From: a virus
Length of the DNA: 64,000 bases
Virus record (IMG/VR): IMGVR_UViG_3300031576_000006
Span: 52,232 to 116,231 of that record
Strand: one strand, 5' to 3'
The translations under genes were made by a program, and so were the position numbers. A model generated the notes under the pieces. It saw only the letters and a list, made by a program, of their open reading frames with translations. It ran no database searches and was not told where the DNA came from. Position 1 is the stretch's first letter. Each line of letters opens with the position of its first letter. Positions 46,273 through 57,629 of the stretch are shown piece by piece.

Positions 46273-49200
46273 GAACTCCGTCAGGTTTAATATACCTGAT
46301 TCCAGTAAAAACAGCTAATTGAACTACAGTTTGTTGTGGTTGATCTTCTGCAAATGGAGGTTCTTGAATATAACAATCTCTTCTCCATTCAAGATCGATT
46401 TTGGTATTTTCTTCAAAAAGCGGATGTTCAAAATTCAGCACATATACACGAGCAAGGCCTATTGCGCCGACTTCAAACGTACTAATATATTTCGCACCCT
46501 CTGGCATAATTTTTAGTATCAAGTTAGTGACACGATAGTTCATCTCTTCATTGCTGGCATCTTTTCCTCTGATCGCCATCCATTGATAACTAATTCTATG
46601 TTCGAAATAGACTCTTCCCATAAAATCTCCAAAGTCTAATCACGTTTAGTTTTGTCATTTGCCTCTAATTTCAGTGATATATCTAAACTTACCTCAATGT
46701 TCCAGTCGGTATTGCAGTATTTTTTTGGACCCTCATATTCATTTTCACAATAAAAATATATTTTAGTTGGGGTACTTATTCTCGGATATGATAAATATTC
46801 TTTACCCATATCTTTTTTATGTAGTATGCCGCATCTTGGACAGTTAGATTCAAGAACTATACCTGGCAAATAAAACCGCTTTACGTCAACAATACCTTCA
46901 CATTTACCATTAAGTTTTGTCATTATTCTTCTCTGTAACTTCAGGCGATTGAGCAATATCTTCGACCAGATCTGCTGGTAGGGGCCGCGTAATCGATTCG
47001 ATCACAAAATTGGTCAGTTCTTCCAGTGCCTCTTTATTGGGTATTTTTGGGTATACAATTGGGCCATTACCCTCGTTCTTGATGTACGAAACAGTTCTGT
47101 TAGGATTTGGAGGAATGACCTGAACTGCAGTTGTGAAGGGCGGCGGCACATAAGCCGGTTGCTGGCCTGTATGACATTTCTCTGCCTGGATAAGCGTATC
47201 GTAAACCGTTAGGCATTCAGGGTTGGAACACTTGTATTTCATTAATCCACCACCACAATCTCACGCCATAGAATGTCTACATTCTCACCATCTGGGTTAG
47301 GCGCAAACTCACCCATCAACCACTTATCTGAAAAAATCCATTTCGTTTCATCTTGTTTGGGAAGGTTCCGTTTCCAGCGTTTCCCTATAAATGTTCCAGT
47401 TGGTAATGTTGTTGAATAGTTTAATAGCGCATCAAAATCCACCTTTGTCATTAAGGCTGTTTTCTCATCCACAATAATTTTGCTTTTGGCTGTGGCAGTC
47501 AAATATTCAATATCAAATTTGCCCATCATTTCTTCCCTAATCCATCCCATGGGTCGAGCTTGTCGAGCCGGTTTAGTCTCCAGTCTGGAATTTCCTTGTA
47601 GATCTTACTCTTGTCTACTTTACTATTTTTAATGCCCCACATCCACCACGGATTGGGGATGCCCGGAATCTTCAAGTAGACTCGCTTTTCGTTTAAGCGT
47701 GCAGCTGCCATGGCACTGCAAAGTGATTTGTGTTTTGTGAACGGCCTGCAACCCTTTCTTATCTCATTGTATAAGACGTAATAAAGTGCCATTTTAAAAC
47801 CCATCATTCATATGTTCGTCTGTGGCTTCTTGGCAGTAAAAAGCATGGGTTGTTTTACATACCTGACACATCACGTCTTCACTTAACATCCATCCGACCT
47901 TGATGCCCGTGCTGCAAGCGTACCCACTATGAACCATTTTATTAAGCGGATGTTGACAGGTTTTTTTCAATTGCTTCTTTTTCTGTTTAAGTTTTTTAGT
48001 CAAGGTTTTTATTTCAATTGCAGCTAACAATATGTCGTTTTTCAAGTCCCTAACGGCTTTTCTGTTTGAATCGCTGGCCCTTGTAGGAAACTTGCTTTTA
48101 AGATATTCAACGGTGTTTTTGTACATCAATACCCTGTAATTATCGCTTTTGACTTCAGCTGACTTGATCAGATAGGGAACAGTGTATCCAAACATACTCA
48201 CACCTTAATCAGACACTATGGAGGCCATAAGTATAGTCCATAGTGTAAATGTTAAAAACCATATAAAAAAGGTTAATCCGCCGCCAAATAGTAGCATAAT
48301 GCCGCCTAGGGCGATCCGGCCCATTTCGGTTTCTGGATTAATCCAGTTCCAAAACCCGTAGCCAGCTAGAACCGGCAATGAAGCAATGCTTACAGCTATG
48401 AGCGTGACAATCACCGCGAACAATGATTTAATCAAAAACATAAATCCCCTATCGTTCATTTTTTTCATCTACTGTCTCCCGGTCGGTCACCCGGCCACTT
48501 TAATCGATCTGGACTTACCTGAATATGAATGCAACTTGTCATTAAGCACAAGAATAGTATAACAAAGATCGCGACACTAAACCAGTCAAAAATAGCATTT
48601 TCTGTGAATTTCATTCATCCTTTTTCTTATAGTCACTAAACCACTCAGACATCAAATACGTACATGCTGCCACCTTATGTTCGTGCTTCGGACCCCATGA
48701 GCCCATAATAGATTTTAAAGCCCGAATAGCTTTGCCTTTATCCACACCTTCTTTCGATGTGAACTGCTCTGCTCTAATTCCAGTGAAAAACCAATCATTG
48801 AACGCCTCATGCCAAATTGTTCCATTCGTCTTCCAAAACTCTTTCGGAATGTCTTCTTTCTTTGGAATATGTTGAGCGGTTGGAAAAGCAATATCGGCAT
48901 CACTAACTTCAAATATTGGAATCATATTATCCCCTCAATCCTTCAAATAACGGATGGACATAATCATGAAGAAAATTCACTCCGGTCCAGGCTGATACCA
49001 GCATAACGAATGCAAGACTTAATGCCAGTATAACAATTGTAGCAACCAACAGATCAAACCCTTTGGAAAGCAATCTTTGGATTCTATCTTTCAGTGGTTC
49101 CTTTTTCATAATTTCTCCGCATGCACCCGTAAGCTAACGGCAATATCCTGCAATTCTTCCAAGCTCAGTTCGACAAGTTTTTTGTCTTTTATTTGCTCCA

Positions 49201-49306
49201 CTAAAGCATCAATTCTCCAGCTGCACTTCGTTACTTCTCCTCGCACCATATCTGCAATCTTGTTATTAACAATATATCTGTAAGCATATTCTTTACTCAT
49301 CTCCAC
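46232..49306 (-). other. Cluster of about ten small coupled hypothetical genes
   Basis: ORFs 46232, 46636, 46910, 47242, 47526, 47794, 48205 (2 TM), 48611, 48927 (TM), 49106 are co-oriented and overlapping or abutting. Confidence 0.7.
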
Positions 49307-49950
49307 ACCCCATTATCCCAACGTTCGTTCCAGATTCTTACTCTTTCTTTAATATAGTCCCTGGTAATTATTTCAGATTCGTATTCTATTGAAGAAAGCA
49401 GGCAGGCAGACGAGTCATTATCAAGTTCGTATGGCTCATCCAAAAAAGATAGAAATTCACCAGGCATTACACCTTCTGCCATTGCCCACAAAACAACATA
49501 ATACATGGCGACGAGTCGCTTACTGTATTCACCTGCCCTTAGTTCGTTGTTTGTGAGAAACTTATAAGTTTCAAGAGATCTATTTGTTAACCTTAATTGT
49601 GCGGCCAGCATATGTTGTGGAAGCTCCAGATGTTCTGTTAAGAAATCAATTAGGTCCCTGCCGCTATACCATCCTCTGTCCATATATTCCATAGCTTTGT
49701 CTTGAATAAGAAGCCTATTGGCCAGTTCCCGTTCTTTATCGGTAAGCGGTGTGGACTTTAGCGGTCGCGGGAATATATAAGATTTGAGATTAGCGACTTG
49801 ACGTGTTGCGTCTTTCAGCCAAAATTTGAACCGGAACCATTTTGTTGATTTTATATTAAATACTTTGCCCATAGCATCAAAATCCTCCACGTCTTTTTCT
49901 TCTTCAGCGACCTTTTTATACCATTTTGGAGATGCCGAGAATTTAATCAT
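49297..49950 (-). CDS. HTH-containing protein, possibly Xre/MbcA antitoxin-like
   Basis: LELPQHMLAAQLRLTNRSLETY HTH followed by RL..MY.V...FL.EP. Confidence 0.4.
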   Translation of the reverse strand: MIKFSASPKWYKKVAEEEKDVEDFDAMGKVFNIKSTKWFRFKFWLKDATRQVANLKSYIFPRPLKSTPLTDKERELANRLLIQDKAMEYMDRGWYSGRDLIDFLTEHLELPQHMLAAQLRLTNRSLETYKFLTNNELRAGEYSKRLVAMYYVVLWAMAEGVMPGEFLSFLDEPYELDNDSSACLLSSIEYESEIITRDYIKERVRIWNERWDNGVWR

Positions 49951-50099
49951 ACACTGGAACTTTCCATTCGTTACTATTTGCGATGGCCGACTTAAACTGT
50001 ATACGTATTTCTACACAAGCCCATCGTTGCTCGGCAGTTTCCCTGGCCGTTCTTCGTTGAACTAGCCATCCAATTTCAGCAAATTTGAGAATTACAATA

Positions 50100-50354
50100 T
50101 CATACTTGCCCATTGTCGCCCTTCATCATCAACCCTTTGACTCTTATTTTTAATTCTATATCTGTTTCGCCGCGAAGTCTAGTGATTGCTGTTAATGAGG
50201 CAAGCCTATCTAAATCCTTACCCCTTACTCGCATCTTTCTTAACGCCCACCAGAGTATAAGCCAATGTATTGGATTTGCCTTTATATAAGGCCAGGCCTC
50301 TTTTAAAACTTCCCATCTCAATCTGAGATTTAGTCTCATGAATAATAACCCCAA
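50100..50354 (-). CDS. Small protein with baseplate-wedge-like motif
   Basis: GKDLDRLA.L..I.R..GETD.ELK.RV. Confidence 0.55.
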   Translation of the reverse strand: MGLLFMRLNLRLRWEVLKEAWPYIKANPIHWLILWWALRKMRVRGKDLDRLASLTAITRLRGETDIELKIRVKGLMMKGDNGQV

Positions 50355-52059
50355 CTTTTGTTGATGCAGATAACCGGACCTTCAATTATAATTTTTAGGT
50401 AATAGGTTCGCGGTATGTGCTTGATTTCGCTTGATAATCCAAAATATTTTTTGATACTGACAGTATCAGGCTCCAGCCTTTTCCTAAAGATCACTCTTTC
50501 GCCATCAAACCTATAATCACCATTTGATAGTTCGGTTCCATTTAAAAGTACCTTAATTGATTGATTACCCTTTGTGGAAAGTATTTTAGCTAAACCCTTT
50601 ACTCTGGCGCGGCAACAAAATTTCCAAACGTGAATATATCTATGAGAAATCGTCCTTTGGCTTTCTATTTCAACTGAAGCACCAATCATTTGAAATTCCC
50701 ATTCTTGTCAAACCATTTCGGGTGCTTTTTTAAGAGCTTTTTCTTACCCCTGGCGAACCGCTTATGAATCTCTTCATCTGACATATATTTGAACATGCGA
50801 GGTTCATTCAGTGGGTGAACCCAGATCTTGAATTCATATTTATGATCGCGAGAATTCCATTCAGCCCGGCCATGCTTTCTGGCAGTACTGCGATTAGTGT
50901 AGACTCCTTCGATGTAACTATGGAGATCTTCATCGCCCCAACGGTACATTTGCACGACATATAGCTTGAGCTTTTTGGGCATATTAAAACTCCCCTGTAA
51001 ACCAATCGTCTACAGGAGTACTTCCACCTTCATTGACGGTAACAAATCCAGACCATTCAAATACCCTATCGTTAATGATTACTCGGTTATTGGAAATTTC
51101 TTCGGCATCATATTCTCTAACATCATAGTTTCCCTTCTTGGAATACTGAGATGCTACCGGATTGTTTCCAACACCGGCAAGCAAAAAGAAAGCGATGCGG
51201 CGATCGGCATCTTCCTTAGATTCAAAGGGGCCACGGTAATGATTTTCATAGGAACAATATGAGCATCCAGTTCGACATTCAATTAGAAATATTTTCATAA
51301 CCACTCCATATATTCATTGTATGCTATTGCTGCCTCTTCCAGGGTACTGAACGGCCCATGTAGCTGTTCAACTTCATCGCAATGGTACCAGCCGGGTGGG
51401 TATTCTTCAGTTCCTTTGTCCAATAAAACTATTGGTGGAATATGATTCGGCTTATCCCATGGTTTACCGTCTGTATCATAATGTTTAGCACTCATGGTGA
51501 CCACACTCCACAGATTTTGCAACTACTATCAGATCTGTCATAACTCCTGAAAGTTTCAAACTCATGATCACACATTTTTCGTAGTTTGTCCAATTTTCTC
51601 AGGTAAGCATTCACGGCTTTATCGTGTATGACTTTTGCCTTTTCTATTTCCAACTTAATATTAATCACTTTAGCCATTAGATTTCTCCCCGAAAAGGATC
51701 GGATGCCACTTATCTACGAACTTTACGAATTTTGATTTGTACTTGTACTCATTATAGTGTTTGGTTTTGGAAGTTATTTGAGATCCATATCCGCCCCAAG
51801 CCTTACCGGTTTGGATATATGATTGTTGTTTGTCTTTTTGAATCGAAATTATCTTCAATGGGTCATCCTGGTAAGAAGGTTCTATACCAATTCTAATCGA
51901 ATCATCATCAATATGAAAGTCAAATCCATCCCAATGCTTGAAATAAAGTTCAATGGCTTCATCGGCAAATTTTTTGGTTGGCAGTTTCGGTCCATTATTG
52001 TCTAATAACTCTGGATCTGGGTTACCTAGACCAAAACCAGAAGCAATACGGTGTCTCAT
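50336..52059 (-). other. Cluster of six small coupled hypothetical genes
   Basis: ORFs 50336, 50686, 50984, 51295, 51492, 51670, co-oriented. Confidence 0.7.
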
Positions 52060-52205
52060 TTGATTCGCTCCGGCAAAAGCCAAAGACTGCAAAGTACGAG
52101 TGCTACGACAGATCCATTGATTACATCCATAAGGCCTGGCATCGTATGGGCATAATACCAGCCCTGAAAGAAGAGTCCAACAGTGGCTAAGATTTTTATA
52201 AACAT
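52056..52205 (-). CDS. Small two-TM protein (49 aa, below ORF-track cutoff)
   Basis: MFIKILATVGLFFQGWYY...VVALVLCSLWLLPERIK; ATGA overlap with the next gene. Confidence 0.55.
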   Translation of the reverse strand: MFIKILATVGLFFQGWYYAHTMPGLMDVINGSVVALVLCSLWLLPERIK

Positions 52206-52213
52206 ATTAAACG

Positions 52214-52552
52214 TCATAAAAGCTTCAATTCTCCAGTAATTTTGTCAACTTCTTCATCTTCAGCCGGGCCAATACCAACGGCTGTAAGCGTTTCTACCCC
52301 GTGGAATTCTGTAAGACCGGCATCTTTTATTAGAACGCAAGGTAGTCCGGCAGTTTTGGCTTGATTATATATTTCTACCAGTTCAGCTTCAGAGTTAACT
52401 CCGACACAGATTTTTGTTTGACGGCCAATCCAGGCATCTCTCACTTCCTGAGAGGCTTGCAGGTAAGCGTATAGGCATGCATGACTACCCTGAGCAACAC
52501 ATTTGCCCTTTCTCATGTTTAAATCCTTGCGCAACACAATTACTTGTTTCAT
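52214..52552 (-). CDS. pth2: Peptidyl-tRNA hydrolase, Pth2 family
   Basis: KQVIV.RKDL.M.KGK..AQ.SHA, TKICV, DAG.TE, T.VGIGP, ITG.LKLL. Confidence 0.95.
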   Translation of the reverse strand: MKQVIVLRKDLNMRKGKCVAQGSHACLYAYLQASQEVRDAWIGRQTKICVGVNSEAELVEIYNQAKTAGLPCVLIKDAGLTEFHGVETLTAVGIGPAEDEEVDKITGELKLL

Positions 52553-52767
52553 TCCACTACCTGTCGCACATAGCTATCACACCAGTTGATAGCCTTTTGT
52601 TGAGCATCTCTGCCATCCCGTTCACTAAACACTTTTTTTACAGATGGCATAGTTTTATGCATTACTATAAATTCTGAACTACATCCATACGGTTTGCGTT
52701 CTGTTTCAAGCTCCCGAACTTGAGCAACTTCATTTTCATAAACAATACCTAGATCATGTGTAGACAT
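52549..52767 (-). CDS. Hypothetical protein
   Basis: 72 aa between Pth2 and the RF-like gene. Confidence 0.6.
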   Translation of the reverse strand: MSTHDLGIVYENEVAQVRELETERKPYGCSSEFIVMHKTMPSVKKVFSERDGRDAQQKAINWCDSYVRQVVE

Positions 52768-52770
52768 ATT

Positions 52771-53226
52771 TCAATTCTCCCCATCATCACAAAAACACTG
52801 TTCGCAGTGAACACATTCTCCACAGTCTTCACAAAATTCGCATTCGAAACCTTCTTCTTCGCAATCTCTTTTGTTCATCGAAATCCATTTACCATCTTCA
52901 CTCTTAACTTCAGTCTTGATGTTGGATTCCTTCATAGCATCCTTCACCTTATCTTCGATAGCAGCAGCCTGCCCAGTTCTTCTGGCTACTTCGGCTCGAT
53001 GCCAAGCCTTAAACTCTTTAGTGCCAGCCATGCGCTCAAATGCCTTTTTGCGATTCTGATCCTTAGAACGACCCTCTTCGGATTTTCCTACGGCACCGCT
53101 AGCAGTATGGGTACACCTAGCACAGTTATCGGTCTTATTCTTCTTTTGACCGCCACTACCGGAACCTCTAAAATAGTCCCACCTGCAGTCTTTAGCCGTA
53201 ACCGAGAATAGTAATTTCTTACTCAT
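52771..53226 (-). CDS. Class I release factor GGQ-domain protein (ArfB-like)
   Basis: RGSGSGGQ..NKT...R..H..SG.....E.RS..QN...A..R; likely start 53226. Confidence 0.9.
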   Translation of the reverse strand: MSKKLLFSVTAKDCRWDYFRGSGSGGQKKNKTDNCARCTHTASGAVGKSEEGRSKDQNRKKAFERMAGTKEFKAWHRAEVARRTGQAAAIEDKVKDAMKESNIKTEVKSEDGKWISMNKRDCEEEGFECEFCEDCGECVHCEQCFCDDGEN

Positions 53227-53578
53227 GAAATTCACACCTGTCTTTTTCAAAATGGAACACTATTGAGTCAATCTTGATTTCTTGTATTAGACCAAACCGT
53301 TCAGCATTTCTGAAATTGATAGAATATTTCCTGGCCATTGCGACTTGACGGTGTATGGTTTCTCGAAAAGTCTCTAGGCCGTGTGTACATTTATAATTAT
53401 TACACTGAAAACATACAGGCATTAAATTCAACTCTTCATTGGTACCGCCAAATTCAACTGGAACGACATGGTCTATTTGGAGTCTATCCGGCTTAACCCC
53501 ACAATAGCCACAGTTGCCGCCGTACTTAGCCTTGATTTTTTCTCTAAGACGCTTTGGAAGGCTAATTCTTTTACTCAT
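53219..53578 (-). CDS. HNH endonuclease
   Basis: CGYCG, IDHVVP...GG.....NL...C..CN..K. Confidence 0.9.
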   Translation of the reverse strand: MSKRISLPKRLREKIKAKYGGNCGYCGVKPDRLQIDHVVPVEFGGTNEELNLMPVCFQCNNYKCTHGLETFRETIHRQVAMARKYSINFRNAERFGLIQEIKIDSIVFHFEKDRCEFHE

Positions 53579-56500
53579 AACTTGCTTTCAATAATTTCAA
53601 ATCTAGATTAATCAAAGCGAAATCTACCGGCATGTTTGGTTTTAAATTAATTTTCAGCGTCTTCCCATCATATGAATGTTCGCCAACCTCACCTAATGAT
53701 TCGTCAGAGTCCGGTCGTCTTAATTTGTTGTCATCGCCAAGAGTCAGTCCGTGATGAAACATAAAGTACGCTTTTACGAGGGATCTCGAATGCTCTTCTG
53801 GAGTTTGAATTATAAATCTATCCTCTAGAGCCTTTTTAAAGGATTCGGAAATTATTCGGGCTGCATCTTTTACATCCATTACATTGCCGTCCTTTGTAAT
53901 TTGCGTGGCCAACCAAAAATAACAACCACTTGTTTAAGGTAAAAATAGAAGCTGAGGTAGTATCTTTTGTGCATATCACTGATCGTTTGCTCTGGCATTG
54001 CCATCATACCAATAGTTCTATAATCATTACCATTCAATTGGAATTCAACAAAATAACGTCTTCCGAATTTCATCAGTTTGGCTTTTTGTAGGGATCTGTT
54101 TGCATTTTGGCCGGACATTTTATTTTCGTCATCATACTATCCATGATGTGTTCTTTTTCTTTAGACGGAATGATCCAATGGCCTTTGATCATTCCGAGCA
54201 TCACATATTCACCATGGTCGATATCGACAAGTTTTTCAATGTAAAGCCCGTTACTGAAGCACTGGCCGACTTCATACTTGAAAGATTTCTTTGATACAGA
54301 GTATCCTGTAAGTAGGCCAATCAAAAGAGCCAGTGTGGCTATAATAAATATCTTTATTTCTGCTTTCATCTATTAGGACCTTCTTTGAGTTTTCTTGTCT
54401 TAATCCACTCGGCATATTTGAGAAGCCATTTACCAAGTCTTTCAGCCTCTATAGCCTGTCGCTTGTAGGAAACGTCTCCATCAAACAAATATAGATCTTC
54501 AAGGATAACCACATCTCTTCTTACAAGCCCATCGCCAGACTCGGCAAACTGTTCAGAGTAAAAATCTTCATGAACTCTTGCTAAGGTGTATTTTCCGTAT
54601 GTTTCAATACCAAAGCTATCTGGAATAGGTTTAGGTTTTCTTATTGTTTTTGACACTTTAACCCTTTCAGTTTGATTATAGATCCCGTTTCCCTTTATGG
54701 TGAATTTACTAAGATCGTCTCTAGTGTAGGTACCTTCATAGTTTGGGGATATCCATCTAACTTTCCAGTATCGTCCATCCACCCGAATGATCTTACCCAC
54801 CAACATTAGAAATCCTTCCATTTATACTTACAATCCTGACACCAGATCTTGTAGTTCTGCCAGCCGAGCTTACCATCTTTGGTTTCCCAGTATTCACCAG
54901 TACGGTGCCAATGGATTAGACAGTGTAGCATCACCTTGATCCAATCAATCATAAAAACCTACTATGTGAACTCACCAATCTTGGACTTACTTTAATTTCG
55001 ATAGTTTCTTTTTTGAATGTTAATTTGACTTGTTCAACAATTAAATCGGTTCTTAAAACCGAACCGTTTGGGTCAACGACAGAAACGGTTTTACCAATAG
55101 AATCCATTAATTGCTTGGTTTGCCCTTCTCCTAGTTTTTTTACATCGGCAGTGAAGTAATTGAACCAGTTAGCCTCAAATAGGCCAAAATGTTGACATTC
55201 ATTCACAACAAGCATATATCTATTTTTTACTTCTTTACACTTTTTCTTACCCATAATGTAGCTTTTACATCCTCATTTATAAAAAGGCCTACCCATTCTT
55301 TTTTCGAAAATCCTCTTGGGTAGAAACTTAAACGATACCCGTCTTGCTTGGCAAAGTCAATGTCTTTCAGGAGCCCAACCTTTTGTTCACCCGGAAGCAG
55401 CAGGACCATTCCATTACCTAGCATAATTATACCTTCATAGCTTTTATAATATTTGAAATTGGATTTGCTTTCTGGTTGCGTGGGATCAAATTTAGGATTA
55501 AGGCTACCCTTAGGTACATCATCACGATAAAACACCAAGCCCATACACTCCATACCGGTTTCATAGTAAGTTTGTAGAATGCCGGTATATTTGTCATAGT
55601 TCTCGCTAAGGGTTTCAAATGTAATAATGGGTCGCGGCTGCCTGCTTTTAGGATAAAGATGTACAAGTTGATGCCAGTAAAGTTTTCCCTCATTGGCCTT
55701 GATCCATTCCTTGGCAGGCTTTTTCTTCATAAAAAGCTGTTGGTGATAGCCAGTAAAAACTTCTTCTTTCAGGGTATAATTGACAGCGTATTTATCTAGA
55801 CGTTTCAAGCCTGCCTCTCATTACCAGTATGAATTTCCTCAAGAACTTTATCCCATGCCTTTTTTTCTTGTTTGTGTTTAAAATACAAAGTCTTATTCAG
55901 GAGCCCGGCAAGAAATTTTAAAACCGGATACGAAACGTAAACATCAAACCAAGTTGGAATTATGAAACAGTTGGGTTCTCCTAAGAACACGGCATGTCTC
56001 ACGTATTGATTTTCATCATCAATGTTAGCCGTAAGTCGGGTAAGTCCATTGAATTGCCAAATCAGAGATTTGTTTGGGTTTAGATCGATGGCCCTTTTAA
56101 GTTTTTCAGCATATGGCGTAGCTAGCAATGACTCTAAAGATCCTGGAATTACTTCTTTCGGTTCTTTTAGGGACGGATCGGTGAAAGTTCTGAACTTCAT
56201 AAACATGTCATCGGTTACATAAAAAAATCCACCGTTCACTTCCCACGAAGAATACAGCCAATGGCTCATGTCATTATAGCCTGGAGAAAAATAAAGTCTT
56301 GGTTTTAATCCTAATCTGATCATATTTTCTTCCTATCGCAATGTTTGCAGTATTCGTAAGTTTCCTTAAGGCCGTGATAGGTCACATCTTCGTGATTACA
56401 AGTTTGCAAATTATCTAATATGGGACCAAAAGTCACATTGTTAAATGTCCCTATTACCTTGCCCGTGGTTTTATCGACAACAGTCGCAGTAAACATATTG

Positions 56501-57162
56501 TTTTGTGGAATCTTATCCCAAACTTTATCTACATTAAAGGCCTCATAGTCAAAATGAAAACGCGCCCCTAGATGATCCCATTCGACCGTATATCTATCTT
56601 GAGTGTAATCTACTAGATGTATATTTACATTAACAATCCTACCGGTTTTACCAGTATCCTGGGCCTGAAATCTATCGCCGATAATGAACTTCATCATTTA
56701 TCCCTTGTAAGAATCCGATCAAGCGCATCAAGCAGATTACCTTCACCTTCATCTCTGAAGTCTACTGCGATATCTGGACCTGCACCACGCAAAGTTAATC
56801 GAAAGATCTTCATATCGCGAGTATCAAGGGCGAAATTAATGTATTTGCCTCTGAGGCGTCCGGGTTTACCAATTCCATGACTACCCCAAGATTCAAGGCT
56901 CCAAGTAACATGTTTGTTCTTCTTGATCCATTTAGTCAATTGGGTAAGACTAATTTCTTTTAGGGTCTTTGGTTTACTCATTTCCCACCTCTAATTTATG
57001 GTCGTTAAGGTCATATGTAGGAAGCTCGCCTTCACCACACTTAGGACATTGAAAATTATCCCAACATCCTGTCCAGGATACATTACAGACGTAACAAGCC
57101 ATATGCCTAGAGTATACTGGATCAACTGCGGAAAAGTTACCTAAATATTCTGGTTCATTCAT
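53571..57162 (-). other. Cluster of about eleven small coupled hypothetical genes
   Basis: ORFs 53571, 53879, 54073 (N-terminal TM), 54366, 54806-54952 (48-aa Cys/His protein not in the track), 54949, 55227, 55805, 56320, 56694, 56974. Confidence 0.7.
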
Positions 57163-57629
57163 TCGAATACCTCCAATTTAGTATTACTAGATAAAAAGAG
57201 TGGATGTTTTGGCATACCGTCTTTATTTTTACCAAGGCAAAAAACTTTATAGTCTCTAGGGAAAATTCTTGAGTGGAGCCTTGCCATCTTATGAGAGCCC
57301 CATGCCGCAACAATTAAGCCGTAACGGTGTTTGTCGAATTGCTCGACCCAGTGTTTTTGATTCTCTTCACCAACTGGAAAGTCTATGATTAACAGGTCTT
57401 TAGGTTTCGTTGCTCGATAAGCGTATAGATTTATTACTGTCAAAGAAGTACATAGCTCTCGCTCAGCAAATCCAATACAGCGACGAATTGTTGGGTCATT
57501 TTCGGTTGCATCGGCAGTACTGGGGTTGAGCATAATAAAAAGGCAAGGCTTAATGTGGCGAACAAGCTGCGGAAGGTTGCGAGTTAGAACGTAACGGTAT
57601 TTTCCACACTTGCTGATTATGGCACTCAT
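57159..57629 (-). CDS. DUF1643 family protein
   Basis: S.CGKYRY.L.R, FIMLNPSTADA..NDPTIRRC, NLYAYRAT.P, AAWG, P.HPL. Confidence 0.9.
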   Translation of the reverse strand: MSAIISKCGKYRYVLTRNLPQLVRHIKPCLFIMLNPSTADATENDPTIRRCIGFAERELCTSLTVINLYAYRATKPKDLLIIDFPVGEENQKHWVEQFDKHRYGLIVAAWGSHKMARLHSRIFPRDYKVFCLGKNKDGMPKHPLFLSSNTKLEVFE

